A DNA stretch of 64,000 nucleotides, from the IMG/VR virus record IMGVR_UViG_3300025316_000014, positions 2,090 through 66,089 of that record; one strand, given 5' to 3'. The DNA comes from a virus (Duplodnaviria; Caudoviricetes). The translations under genes and the position numbers were made by a program. This document shows, piece by piece, positions 18,857 through 27,618 of the stretch (position 1 is the stretch's first letter; the number at the start of each line of letters is the position of its first letter). A model generated the notes under the pieces. The model was not told the origin of the DNA, did not search any database, and saw only the letters and a list, made by a program, of their open reading frames with translations.

Positions 18857-20563
18857 TTAGTTTGAATTCGGACTATTATTTCCTTTTCGCTTTACAGTGC
18901 CTGGGGATAGACGAATAGCTAAGTCTCGTTTGTTATCGGTAGCTTGTAATACTGGTTCATCAATTGTATTTTCGCAAACTAAGTCAATATATTGTACTGG
19001 ACCTATTCTTCCCATCCTATGGGAGCGATCCTCGGATTGCGACCGTTCAAGATATGACCACGAGTGGCTATAATAAATATTCCAGTCGCAAGCCTGTAAA
19101 TTATGCCCGCAAGCAAGTTTCTTGATTTGAGCAACAATAACTTGTACACCATTTTCATCTCTGGAATTGAAAGATAATTTTATATTATCAAGGTCGCTAT
19201 TAGAAGTATTTCCAGTTGCTATAACAACTTTTTCTGCTCTAAGAATTGCAGATAATTCTCGTTGTAATCTTATTATTTCGGCGGTAAATTTACACCAGAT
19301 AATACAACGGATATTCGGATATTCTAATAATCTATCCGCAGCGAAATGTTTTAGCCAATCAATTTTATACGACGGCAATTCTTCCAGACGAGTATCCTCT
19401 TCAGGGTCGTCGCTGACAATTGGTTTATGCCCGCCGACTATTTGTTGTAACCGCAACATTGTCACGCGTTCCCCTGATAAAGATAATAAAGAACCTAATG
19501 CTAAATCACCATCAACTGCCACACGATCATATAGCTCTCTTACAGAGCGGGGTAGAACGAACTTTACTCTAACAGAAGGAACTTTCTCAGGTAAATCAAG
19601 GCATGATGTTTTTGTAGCCCGGAACCATAATGGCTCAATAATTGACATAAGCATCGGGACATTTTTTGCGCCAATAATTTTCATCATTTGTGTTGGCCCG
19701 TCTATTCCACGACGATAAATTGTTCCTATTTCGCCGAATGCTTCAAGAAAATCATGCGCACTTCCAAGCCGCAAAGTAGGATCGATAAGAGTTAATTGCG
19801 AATACAAATCTCCAACATGATTGCCAATTGCAGTACCGGTTAATGCTAACCGAAATGATGCTTGGCGGGCGATGGGGAGTATAGCTTTATACGCTAATGT
19901 TTGCGGATCTTTTAATCGCCAACTTTCATCCAAAATAAGCATATTCGGATGAAAGTCGAATAACTCTAATTTTAATTTATTCGCCATTTCATAATTGATA
20001 ATAACAATTGTGGGTGTGAATCCATGTTCAGTTGTCATTAATAAATCACGCCGTTCGGCTGATGATCCAGTGCCGATATCTATTATATTAACGTTCATAT
20101 TGATACGTTCAGCTTCAGCAATCCATTCTCCGACAAGGGACTTGGGGCAAGCAATTAGTGTTCGGAATGCTCCTACTGCTTTAATTGTGGCTAATGCTGC
20201 CCTGGTTTTCCCAGTGCCCTGCTCAGAACCATTAAAAAACCCGCTGCGGGAGGACCCAATAGCAATAGACTGAAGTTGATGCCGAGCGAATTGATCGGGG
20301 TCAAGATGTGCGTTTGATAGAATAGTTTTAATAGTCTCAATAATAGTATTCGGAATATCCATTATTTGACTTCTTGCAATATTATAATCTTCTGATGTTG
20401 CGGTAATTACAGAAACTGCTTCGGCGCACATAAAATTCAAACGAGTTGCCGGCAATGCGACAGTCTCACTATTAAATACATGTGCTCCACTTCGGGATAA
20501 ATCCGCGACTTCGTTAATACGACCATACGCGTAAATCCAACCGTCTTTGAATCCAAGTTTCAT
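18857..20563 (-). CDS. SNF2-like SF2 helicase
   Basis: QGTGKT, LILDES, ALTGT, GHNLQ, QSEDRSHRMG. Confidence 0.9.
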   Translation of the reverse strand: MKLGFKDGWIYAYGRINEVADLSRSGAHVFNSETVALPATRLNFMCAEAVSVITATSEDYNIARSQIMDIPNTIIETIKTILSNAHLDPDQFARHQLQSIAIGSSRSGFFNGSEQGTGKTRAALATIKAVGAFRTLIACPKSLVGEWIAEAERINMNVNIIDIGTGSSAERRDLLMTTEHGFTPTIVIINYEMANKLKLELFDFHPNMLILDESWRLKDPQTLAYKAILPIARQASFRLALTGTAIGNHVGDLYSQLTLIDPTLRLGSAHDFLEAFGEIGTIYRRGIDGPTQMMKIIGAKNVPMLMSIIEPLWFRATKTSCLDLPEKVPSVRVKFVLPRSVRELYDRVAVDGDLALGSLLSLSGERVTMLRLQQIVGGHKPIVSDDPEEDTRLEELPSYKIDWLKHFAADRLLEYPNIRCIIWCKFTAEIIRLQRELSAILRAEKVVIATGNTSNSDLDNIKLSFNSRDENGVQVIVAQIKKLACGHNLQACDWNIYYSHSWSYLERSQSEDRSHRMGRIGPVQYIDLVCENTIDEPVLQATDNKRDLAIRLSPGTVKRKGNNSPNSN

Positions 20564-21228
20564 ATAATCACGTCCTCCATAAATGGAAGATATGCGGTAA
20601 GAAAGTTTTTAGGATCATAAGAAAGTTCTGCCCCGGTATCGACAATGTTTTGATATACCTCTAATGCGATAGGCGGGATAGTAAGACAATCCGCCCAGAA
20701 TTCTGCTTGGGGGGGGGTATCATATTCTTTTATTATTGAACATAACAAATTTGTCAAATTTCCATATCGTTTTATTTTATTATTGTTATCCTCAATAATT
20801 AATAATATTGCTGGTATAGGATTAACAGCTAAACTTATTACTTTATGGGGAATACCTTCTCCGCCATTTGTTTGCCAGCATAAGTATTTATATGTTGCAA
20901 CACAACTTGAAGCGCCTTCTGCTCGCCACCCAGCGATAGAGAATGGGAATACATTATCGGTTGCTCGTGTTTTGTGGTAATCAATCCAAGTAATATTGGA
21001 AGTGATGTCATGCAAATGTAGTATATCACCAGATGTTATTGGATAATTAATAATGTATACTTGTTCGTCTAAAGCAATCTGTTCAAATGGCAATCGGTCG
21101 CAAGCATAAATAGGGTGAAATGGTTTTCCGATCCGGCGATATTCTGCTTCATTGTCAATCTTCGCCCATTGATATACGACAAATGCAGAAGCTTTGCCGT
21201 CAAGATCATCACAATAAAAACACTTCAT
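20560..21228 (-). CDS. Degenerate DHH-family phosphoesterase-like protein
   Basis: DDLDG..SA and WIDYH (the DHH motif is altered). Confidence 0.5.
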   Translation of the reverse strand: MKCFYCDDLDGKASAFVVYQWAKIDNEAEYRRIGKPFHPIYACDRLPFEQIALDEQVYIINYPITSGDILHLHDITSNITWIDYHKTRATDNVFPFSIAGWRAEGASSCVATYKYLCWQTNGGEGIPHKVISLAVNPIPAILLIIEDNNNKIKRYGNLTNLLCSIIKEYDTPPQAEFWADCLTIPPIALEVYQNIVDTGAELSYDPKNFLTAYLPFMEDVII

Positions 21229-21231
21229 ACC

Positions 21232-21489
21232 TTATCCTTTTTTCTTGCGGTTTGTATAATCCCGTGTTTTAAACACAAGTCTTCCAGATTCAATCCAGGC
21301 TCGGAAAGTCGGCCCAGTAACAAGATACACTGTTCCGATTTTACGCCCGCCGAATTCTCCCCGACGGATAGCTGCAATAAAATTCCGTACTGGTACTTTT
21401 AATGCAAATGCAAGATCGTCAATCGTATAATAATCGACACCTTCAATAATAAGTACGGGTGTAACTGTAGATAAAAGTTGCTCTTCCAT
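21232..21489 (-). CDS. Excisionase-like winged HTH DNA-binding protein
   Basis: YTIDDLA..LKV.......IRRGE..G.KIG..Y.V pattern. Confidence 0.7.
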   Translation of the reverse strand: MEEQLLSTVTPVLIIEGVDYYTIDDLAFALKVPVRNFIAAIRRGEFGGRKIGTVYLVTGPTFRAWIESGRLVFKTRDYTNRKKKG

Positions 21490-21538
21490 ATCTTCTCCTT
21501 ATAATATATAATGTTATTATACCCGTATATTTGTATAA

Positions 21539-21775
21539 TTATACGTTATTTTGCACATTTTTTTTACTTTTTCTTCCGGCTATTTTAGCAGTCGTCAGTG
21601 CTTCTTTAGTCGGCATCGGAACGCCGGAATATGGAGACAAATCTTCTACTTTTTTACGAGGTAATTCAGGAGTATGATTACCACCGATAGGCGGAAGATT
21701 TACCCCTAATACTTCAGCAATTGCAGCGAGTTGTAAAAAATGACTTTGGCGGCCAATAGTTCCAATTTTTTTCAT
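21539..21775 (-). CDS. Hypothetical protein
   Basis: SD AAGGAG. Confidence 0.5.
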   Translation of the reverse strand: MKKIGTIGRQSHFLQLAAIAEVLGVNLPPIGGNHTPELPRKKVEDLSPYSGVPMPTKEALTTAKIAGRKSKKNVQNNV

Positions 21776-22044
21776 GATGATCTCCTTGTTGTTCGTTATA
21801 GGGTTGCTCCATAGCGTAGTCGTATTGACGGATCACTATGGAGTAATGCCTGATTTATTAAAGGGCAGACAACGAATATATTACTTCATATTTCTACCTC
21901 CTTCTTGCTTTTCAAATTAGCATATTTGAAAAGGATCGCAATAATCAATTTTATGATATTACCAGTTTATTATACGGCACACTAAATAAAGCAGCATAGC
22001 ATATAATATAATGACAGTAATATCACGATAAGGATTTGGAGTCA

Positions 22045-22299
22045 TTAAGACGTCCCTTTCACAAGGCGCCCTTTAGCGTCACGAATAGTGCCGCCGCGCA
22101 TAATTTGTAATGTCTTCGCCACGACAATATCTGTAAACGGGGGAGTTTTCTTTTTTTCTCCGGTTATTTCATCAAGATAGTGAACAATATATGTTTTCAC
22201 CTCTTTAATAACCGGCGGAATAATTTCCGCTTGCGGAACAATTGGAGTGTTCACCCATGCGGAAATAGGTTGATGTTTTTTCTGTTTAGCCATGACCAT
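22045..22299 (-). CDS. Hypothetical protein
   Basis: SD AAGGAG. Confidence 0.5.
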   Translation of the reverse strand: MVMAKQKKHQPISAWVNTPIVPQAEIIPPVIKEVKTYIVHYLDEITGEKKKTPPFTDIVVAKTLQIMRGGTIRDAKGRLVKGTS

Positions 22300-22621
22300 T
22301 CTCCTTCTCTTTTTGCCAAGGGCCGAAATGCCCTGGTTGTGTCATATTTTCAATAGCTTCGCTATTTAAATAAACTGTCCTATGTGTGACTTTGAAAAGA
22401 TTATAGTAACCCTGTTGCGGGAGAGTTATGTCCATAACCGGATCAAAGACTAACATACCTATACCATCTTTGCTCTCAAATTCTACCCAAGCATGAGCTA
22501 GTTGTTGTTCAGTCAACGGGCTTGTCAAAATTCCATGAACAAGGGTATATTTCTGGTCATTTAAGGCAAGTCGTCCGGATAGTTCATAACAATGCTCAAT
22601 GCGTTCTTTTAATGCAGTCAT
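22286..22621 (-). CDS. Hypothetical protein with C...HG...HAWVE...D (papain/transglutaminase-like) pattern
   Basis: HCYE, LVHG, AHAWVE, VFDP, HFGPW. Confidence 0.45.
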   Translation of the reverse strand: MTALKERIEHCYELSGRLALNDQKYTLVHGILTSPLTEQQLAHAWVEFESKDGIGMLVFDPVMDITLPQQGYYNLFKVTHRTVYLNSEAIENMTQPGHFGPWQKEKENGHG

Positions 22622-22625
22622 TATG

Positions 22626-23366
22626 TTATCTTCCTTTAACATGTAAATCATCAGCTCGATGGCTTTTTAAAGCTATTGGTAAAATAGTTTTTTGTATTAA
22701 TGCCCATTCTGGATCATCACACTGTAATGTACTAATATGTGCAAGCAATTGTGCTATTAATTTCATATCTACAGTACAGTTTGATCCTCCACACCATAAT
22801 GGCCAGCAAGAATAATCAAGATCCGCTCCACAAAGATCCGCTCCACAAAGATTTGCTCTACAAAGATCCGCTTCACGAAGATCCGCTCTACAAAGATTTG
22901 CTCCACAAAGATTTGCTCTACGAAGATCCGCTTCACGAAGATCCGCTCTACGAAGATCTGCTCCACGAAGATCCGCTTCACGAAGATCCGCTCTACAAAG
23001 ATTTGCTCTACAAAGATTTGCTTCACAAAGATCCGCTTCACGAAGATCCGCTTCACAAAGATTTGCTTCACAAAGATTTGCTTCACGAAGATCCGCTCCA
23101 CGAAGATCCGCTCCACGAAGATCCGCTTCACGAAGATCCGCTCTACAAAGATTTGCTCCACAAAGATTTGCTCTACGAAGATCCGCTTCACGAAGATCCG
23201 CTTCACGAAGATCCGCTCTACAAAGATTTGCTCCACAAAGATTTGCTCTACGAAGATCCGCTTCACGAAGATCCGCTTCACGAAGATCCGCTCTACGACC
23301 TCCTTCTATATTGATTAACCATTTTGCATGCAGGTCAAGTATTTGGCATATTTCAATAGTATTCAT
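22626..23366 (-). CDS. Pentapeptide repeat protein
   Basis: About 32 A(D/N)L(R/C)x repeats between an HxxWL N-cap and a WPLWCG C-terminal region. Confidence 0.9.
   Translation of the reverse strand: MNTIEICQILDLHAKWLINIEGGRRADLREADLREADLRRANLCGANLCRADLREADLREADLRRANLCGANLCRADLREADLRGADLRGADLREANLCEANLCEADLREADLCEANLCRANLCRADLREADLRGADLRRADLREADLRRANLCGANLCRADLREADLCRANLCGADLCGADLDYSCWPLWCGGSNCTVDMKLIAQLLAHISTLQCDDPEWALIQKTILPIALKSHRADDLHVKGR
22818..23297. repeat. 15-bp coding tandem repeat array
   Basis: AAGAT(C/T)(C/T)GCT(T/C)(C/T)AC(G/A) units with a higher-order 5-unit block repeated. Confidence 0.9.
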
Positions 23367-23375
23367 TATATTATC

Positions 23376-23576
23376 CTACCTTTTCATTTTATTCGGTGGC
23401 ATAGCACTCGGGCGGACGAAAATAGCCTGGTATACAGAACATCCATCTTTTGAATCAAAAGAGCAGTTTACGGACATTAATATATACTCAAGATTAATTA
23501 ATTCAGCACACTGTTCTTCAAAACGAGGAATGGAATTAATCTCACAGATTGCAACAACCGGCTTAATTAAACTCAT
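23376..23576 (-). CDS. Hypothetical protein
   Basis: ORF overlaps the upstream stop. Confidence 0.45.
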   Translation of the reverse strand: MSLIKPVVAICEINSIPRFEEQCAELINLEYILMSVNCSFDSKDGCSVYQAIFVRPSAMPPNKMKR

Positions 23577-23866
23577 TTAATCCTCGCTTCCACTTCCCGG
23601 CATTCTGCACAAAAGCATCCTTCGGATGCGGCCGTTCTCTTCCACGATGTCATGACTATAGAACTTCCTACTTCATAAAACTCTTTACCACACAATGTTT
23701 TTTTCGATTCTGCGAAAGCACGTAAGTGAAGTATTCGAGATGCTTCTTTCGCTTTGATAGTTGCTAACTTCTCACAATATACTTGGAGTAATTCGGGGAG
23801 TTCATCATAAGTAATACTTAATGCTCCCCAGTCCTCTATTTGTTGAATACGTTCAGACGTAAGCAT
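23573..23866 (-). CDS. Hypothetical protein
   Basis: SD GAGGG; CxCxxC at the C-terminus. Confidence 0.5.
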   Translation of the reverse strand: MLTSERIQQIEDWGALSITYDELPELLQVYCEKLATIKAKEASRILHLRAFAESKKTLCGKEFYEVGSSIVMTSWKRTAASEGCFCAECREVEARIK

Positions 23867-23870
23867 GATA

Positions 23871-24029
23871 TTATAACCCTCTTGCACATAGGCAAACAAC
23901 AACGCATATCGCATACAAGAAGACAACAATAATGAACATTCGGATAATCATTGTGCCCCAGTTCTGCTGAAAATGTTGAAGAATTATTGGGTCCCAATCT
24001 CCCCACAAATATTGCATAATTTTTTTCAT
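23871..24029 (-). CDS. Small membrane protein
   Basis: SD GGAGGGG; hydrophobic C-terminal helix. Confidence 0.45.
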   Translation of the reverse strand: MKKIMQYLWGDWDPIILQHFQQNWGTMIIRMFIIVVFLYAICVVVCLCARGL

Positions 24030-24030
24030 T

Positions 24031-24654
24031 TTAATCCCCTCCTGTTTGTGAGGGTCCTCTGAGCAACCAGAGTAATGGAGCAGCTTCCATAATACTGTCA
24101 TACATTGCTTCCGGATGGAACTGCACGCCAGCAGTTAGCTCATCATTTGATACAATCGCTTCAATGGTTCCATCGAGGGCCTTCGCCATAACACGAAACC
24201 CGGATGGGCAAACAGCCGCCGCTTGATGATGCAAACTATTCACAAGCGGGGGAATAGTGAAAATATTCCTTTTAGCAATATATCCAAGTTGATGATAGCA
24301 TGGGATAATCGGATGCTCATGAGCAGCACGATTAATATTCTGGATTAATTGTGCTCCATTCATCGCAGCGATTAATTGATGCCCACGGCAAATCCCAAGC
24401 GTCGGAATATTCCCTTCTTGAGCACGAACGAGCAAGCGACTTTCAATACAATCTCGCAAGGAAGGAGCTATTTTTTTCTCATTCGGAGTATAAAACCCCT
24501 GCCAGATGTCCGCTCCACCTAATAACAATAAGCGATCAAACTTACAAATTCGAGCATCTTTTTCGGTTAAAATCCAAGTGATATTGACGTTCACTTCAGC
24601 CAACATATTTTTTATGCTTTTGGAAAAGCTTCCGGGATATGCAACAAGTTTCAT
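24031..24654 (-). CDS. Class I glutamine amidotransferase / peptidase C26 (PuuD-like)
   Basis: GGADI, LGICRGHQ, VNSLHHQA, GVQFHPE. Confidence 0.88.
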   Translation of the reverse strand: MKLVAYPGSFSKSIKNMLAEVNVNITWILTEKDARICKFDRLLLLGGADIWQGFYTPNEKKIAPSLRDCIESRLLVRAQEGNIPTLGICRGHQLIAAMNGAQLIQNINRAAHEHPIIPCYHQLGYIAKRNIFTIPPLVNSLHHQAAAVCPSGFRVMAKALDGTIEAIVSNDELTAGVQFHPEAMYDSIMEAAPLLWLLRGPSQTGGD

Positions 24655-24890
24655 AATTCTTCACCATTTCCTTCATCAATTTTTACAAGACCGATTAAAG
24701 CCATTCCGCGGATAAGTTGCTCAGCGTCTTCGTGCTTGAGTTTATGACCACTATATAACTTTACTCTTCTTGCGATCTCGTCAACATAAGCATCGAGATT
24801 AATGGATCCTAATCTATCCGCTTTTGCAAGGGCTACACTAATGGTAGCCCCTTTCGTTTGCTTACCATCCGGCCAAGTGATTGTTACCAT
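24651..24890 (-). CDS. Hypothetical protein
   Basis: Translationally coupled between the amidoligase and the C26 gene. Confidence 0.55.
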   Translation of the reverse strand: MVTITWPDGKQTKGATISVALAKADRLGSINLDAYVDEIARRVKLYSGHKLKHEDAEQLIRGMALIGLVKIDEGNGEEL

Positions 24891-25882
24891 TATGCAGCAC
24901 TCCTTAATGAAGCAACTCTCTTCATCCAGAATGCGAGGTGCTTGGCAGTGCAGTGCAGGTCATTCCACATTGAACTTGAAGAGACGGTTTGAGTATTCGC
25001 TGCGAAGCGCATCATCGACTGTCCGAACCCTAACCATTCAACGATTTTATCGAAGTTCACAGTACCTTGATGCTGACGGAATTCGATAGTACCATGGCGG
25101 AGGAATGCACTGAAATTTACTGACGCATAACGGGTTCCGGTTATTTGACAGAATTCATGAATGGTTTGAGCATTCTGAAGACGAGAAGCAGTTAACATCC
25201 ACTTAATTCCGCCGCAGTATTGGGGGTTGCGAGTTGAGCGACGGGACGGGGCGAGCATCATGTCAATTTCTTCTTGATGACTTGCATAGTATTTTGCAAG
25301 CTTCTTGAAAGAATCGATCGTGAAGTCTGTTGTCCCGTGGTGAATATGCAGACCGCAAGTTGTGTTCACTTTCGCTTTAACAACAACAAGGGCTTCACAT
25401 GCTCTGCGGAGTTGGCTACGACCGTCTTCTCCTTGAAGGATGGGGCTCACAACTTCGCAACCATAATAAAGAGCAGTTGAACCACTTCCTCGAACGGAAG
25501 AATCACTGACCAGCTTCCAAGTGGTTGTGGAGTCGTTGTGGTTGTAGCCGTTGTCTTCCACATGCAAACCACGAATTCTCATTTCGTTCATGAGAATTTG
25601 GCGGGAGTTTTGGAGCGGAAGTAAGCATTCAATTTCAATTCCGAAGGTTCGGTTGTCAAACCACTCAGCGGCATTTGTTCCGAGTGTGGTTGTCAATTCA
25701 GACGTCGGAACGCTATGGTTGAAGATGGAGCGACGGGTTGCTCTGTTTGAAGTGGAGGGGATTGCAATCCCGGCTTCGCGGGCGGCCCTTCGTGCTCTGC
25801 ACTCGCGAGACTGTTGTGCTCTGCGGGCTCTGGCTGCGATTTCGCTCTGACTTAATCCGAAGGTCTCAGCTGTTCGTGGCAT
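24890..25882 (-). CDS. Putative amidoligase (COOH-NH2 ligase, amidoligase 2 family)
   Basis: TFGIEIEC, WKLVSDSS, EVVSPIL, CGLHIH, RY..VN, TIEFRQH. Confidence 0.85.
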   Translation of the reverse strand: MPRTAETFGLSQSEIAARARRAQQSRECRARRAAREAGIAIPSTSNRATRRSIFNHSVPTSELTTTLGTNAAEWFDNRTFGIEIECLLPLQNSRQILMNEMRIRGLHVEDNGYNHNDSTTTWKLVSDSSVRGSGSTALYYGCEVVSPILQGEDGRSQLRRACEALVVVKAKVNTTCGLHIHHGTTDFTIDSFKKLAKYYASHQEEIDMMLAPSRRSTRNPQYCGGIKWMLTASRLQNAQTIHEFCQITGTRYASVNFSAFLRHGTIEFRQHQGTVNFDKIVEWLGFGQSMMRFAANTQTVSSSSMWNDLHCTAKHLAFWMKRVASLRSAA

Positions 25883-26050
25883 TTTAATTACCCCTTTCTG
25901 AGTCGGGGCTCTTGGCTCCCGCTCTATATATATTATACCCACCGACCGACGATCTAAACACAATAACCTATAATTTTGAATAATTTTGAAAAATATTTTC
26001 TTGAGAGTGGACCTTCCCCTCACTTACTGCTAGACGACTGGGCGTAAAGA

Positions 26051-26105
26051 AAAGCTAGTTAACAATATTATGTGTTCATATATAAAGCTAGTTAACAATA
26101 TTATG
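26051..26105. repeat. 22-bp perfect direct repeat (operator candidate)
   Basis: AAAGCTAGTTAACAATATTATG at 26051-26072 and 26084-26105. Confidence 0.75.
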
Positions 26106-26259
26106 GGTTTTTCCAATGACGGATAACACCAGCCACAATCACACTATTTGTTATTAAATAAGTTAACAGAATCAAAGTCCGAATAATCGCAACAATATCC
26201 GACTCGCGATTACTTTCGCTTATTTTAGGGCCTAATGCTTTACACCACAACCGCCACAT
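26101..26259 (-). CDS. Small membrane protein (MWRLWxKALG...VIRHW family)
   Basis: SD AGGAG; one TM helix; motif recalled from T4-like aquatic phages. Confidence 0.6.
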   Translation of the reverse strand: MWRLWCKALGPKISESNRESDIVAIIRTLILLTYLITNSVIVAGVIRHWKNP

Positions 26260-26276
26260 AATTATCTCCTGTTTCG

Positions 26277-26567
26277 TTAAATTTTCTTCTTGCCATTTGC
26301 AACAATTTGCGAAATTCGTTGGCATGATATTCCATAATATCGTGCAAGACTTGTTTGCGAAAGTGTTTTAGCGTCTACACAAATATTTTTATCACGGGCG
26401 AGATTTATTATTGGCCGGTAGTGTTTCAAATGTGGAGTTGTTAATGCTTCTTCAAATGTCCACCCGTGAGACAACCGCAATCCTAAATTTGCATAATTTG
26501 TTCGACAACATTCTTCTCGCGCCCAGTCGCATAAACGCTGAGTTTTCCCGTTAAAAGTATATAACAT
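26277..26567 (-). CDS. DNA-binding protein (HNH-associated GWxxEEALT module plus HTH)
   Basis: FNGKTQ.L..WA...RL..GWTFEEALTTP; SQTSLARYYGISCQRISQIV. Confidence 0.55.
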   Translation of the reverse strand: MLYTFNGKTQRLCDWAREECCRTNYANLGLRLSHGWTFEEALTTPHLKHYRPIINLARDKNICVDAKTLSQTSLARYYGISCQRISQIVANGKKKI

Positions 26568-26743
26568 TATTCGTCTTCTTTCTGTACTGGATACCTTCCA
26601 ATACAATATACAGCAAGCCCACCTAACATCCAACCAGCCGTGGCAGTCACTGCTGGGATGTTGTCCTGCAGACCAGCATATAAAAAAGCTCCAAGAGCGA
26701 TTAAGAAAACAATTTTGCCTATTATGCGTATAATATGTCGCAT
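26567..26743 (-). CDS. Two-TM membrane protein (58 aa, not in the ORF track)
   Basis: MRHIIRIIGKIVFLIALGAFLYAG...GWMLGGLAVYCIG; its stop overlaps the next ATG. Confidence 0.55.
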   Translation of the reverse strand: MRHIIRIIGKIVFLIALGAFLYAGLQDNIPAVTATAGWMLGGLAVYCIGRYPVQKEDE

Positions 26744-26745
26744 TA

Positions 26746-26937
26746 TTATATTCCTTCCTCAGTTAACAAAATAGCGATTACTAGGTTAATGTTTTTATAA
26801 ATATAATCATCTGGAATAGCTGGAGACGCCCCACACATTTCTTCATTCTCCCGTTGTTGCATAATTGCAGTATGCCCTTTTTCAAGTTCAATTTGTATTG
26901 CGCGGAGGAAGTCTTTTCTGATAAGCACTTGTTCCAT
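26746..26937 (-). CDS. Hypothetical protein
   Basis: SD AAGGGG. Confidence 0.5.
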   Translation of the reverse strand: MEQVLIRKDFLRAIQIELEKGHTAIMQQRENEEMCGASPAIPDDYIYKNINLVIAILLTEEGI

Positions 26938-27280
26938 TATGTCCCCTTACTTTATATACTTCGATTTGCCTTCTCCCGAATTTTCGGCATGCGCTTCGGG
27001 AGGACATAAAGATGTCAATTCATCTCCCCTTGATTCTTCGCCCAGTATCTGCCGCATAACATCGGCCGATGCCAGAGATATAAACAAAACTTTTCAGCGG
27101 GATAACTTTCGGATCCACAGCAATCATTCCCTTTTTTGTTTGTCGTCCACATTTTGTTTTACCATGAATACAATACGCTGTCGCAATATATACTGTGCCT
27201 TGCCCCAAGGATGTGAATAGCAACAGACATATTAAAATGTAGAAGCGACTTGATAAATATATTGTATAGTCTCTTGACAA
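26888..27280 (-). pseudogene. 3D (three-Asp) domain cell-wall protein interrupted by an in-frame TGA (27020-27022)
   Basis: Signal-like N-terminus; ATAYC...IAVDPKVIPL...DTGRRIKGR*IDIFM...FGRRQIEVY. Confidence 0.75.
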
Positions 27281-27606
27281 TCGTTATCTCCCCAATATAA
27301 TAAGACAACTTTTTCTCCCATGAAATAATACTGAGCAACTTCATCAATATCCCGATATTGAGGCGGGTGGGCTGAAAGCCCTGGACGGTATAAATATGTA
27401 AAGTTATTCTTATATAAGAAACTACCTAACTTATTAGTGGCCAATCCCCAATGCTCATTTGTGTTAGCTGTTTGCAGGCGCATGTCAAAGACAACGCTAT
27501 CTTGAGATAACCTCTTCACAATATTTATTGCTGTTAGCCCTATTATATTTAAGACTTGTATGGACCCAGGTGGACCGTCTACCCCAGCTTTTAGATAGTT
27601 ACGCAT
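27232..27606 (-). CDS. Hypothetical protein
   Basis: 124-aa ORF in the operon. Confidence 0.5.
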   Translation of the reverse strand: MRNYLKAGVDGPPGSIQVLNIIGLTAINIVKRLSQDSVVFDMRLQTANTNEHWGLATNKLGSFLYKNNFTYLYRPGLSAHPPQYRDIDEVAQYYFMGEKVVLLYWGDNDCQETIQYIYQVASTF

Positions 27607-27618
27607 AACTTATTCTCT

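Noticed and set aside
21232-21489. Integration/lysogeny module
   Set aside because: Only an excisionase-like HTH is present; no integrase, repressor or att site was recognised in the window.
21881-21900. SD-ATG-AAG-TAA two-codon minigene on the minus strand with a nearby hairpin (21803-21847)
   Set aside because: Too short to distinguish from chance or a decayed ORF.
22818-23297. Possible CRISPR array, or overlapping genes (22739-23314 +, 22769-23281 -)
   Set aside because: Contiguous 15-bp units with no spacers; the extra ORFs are shadows of the pentapeptide repeat.
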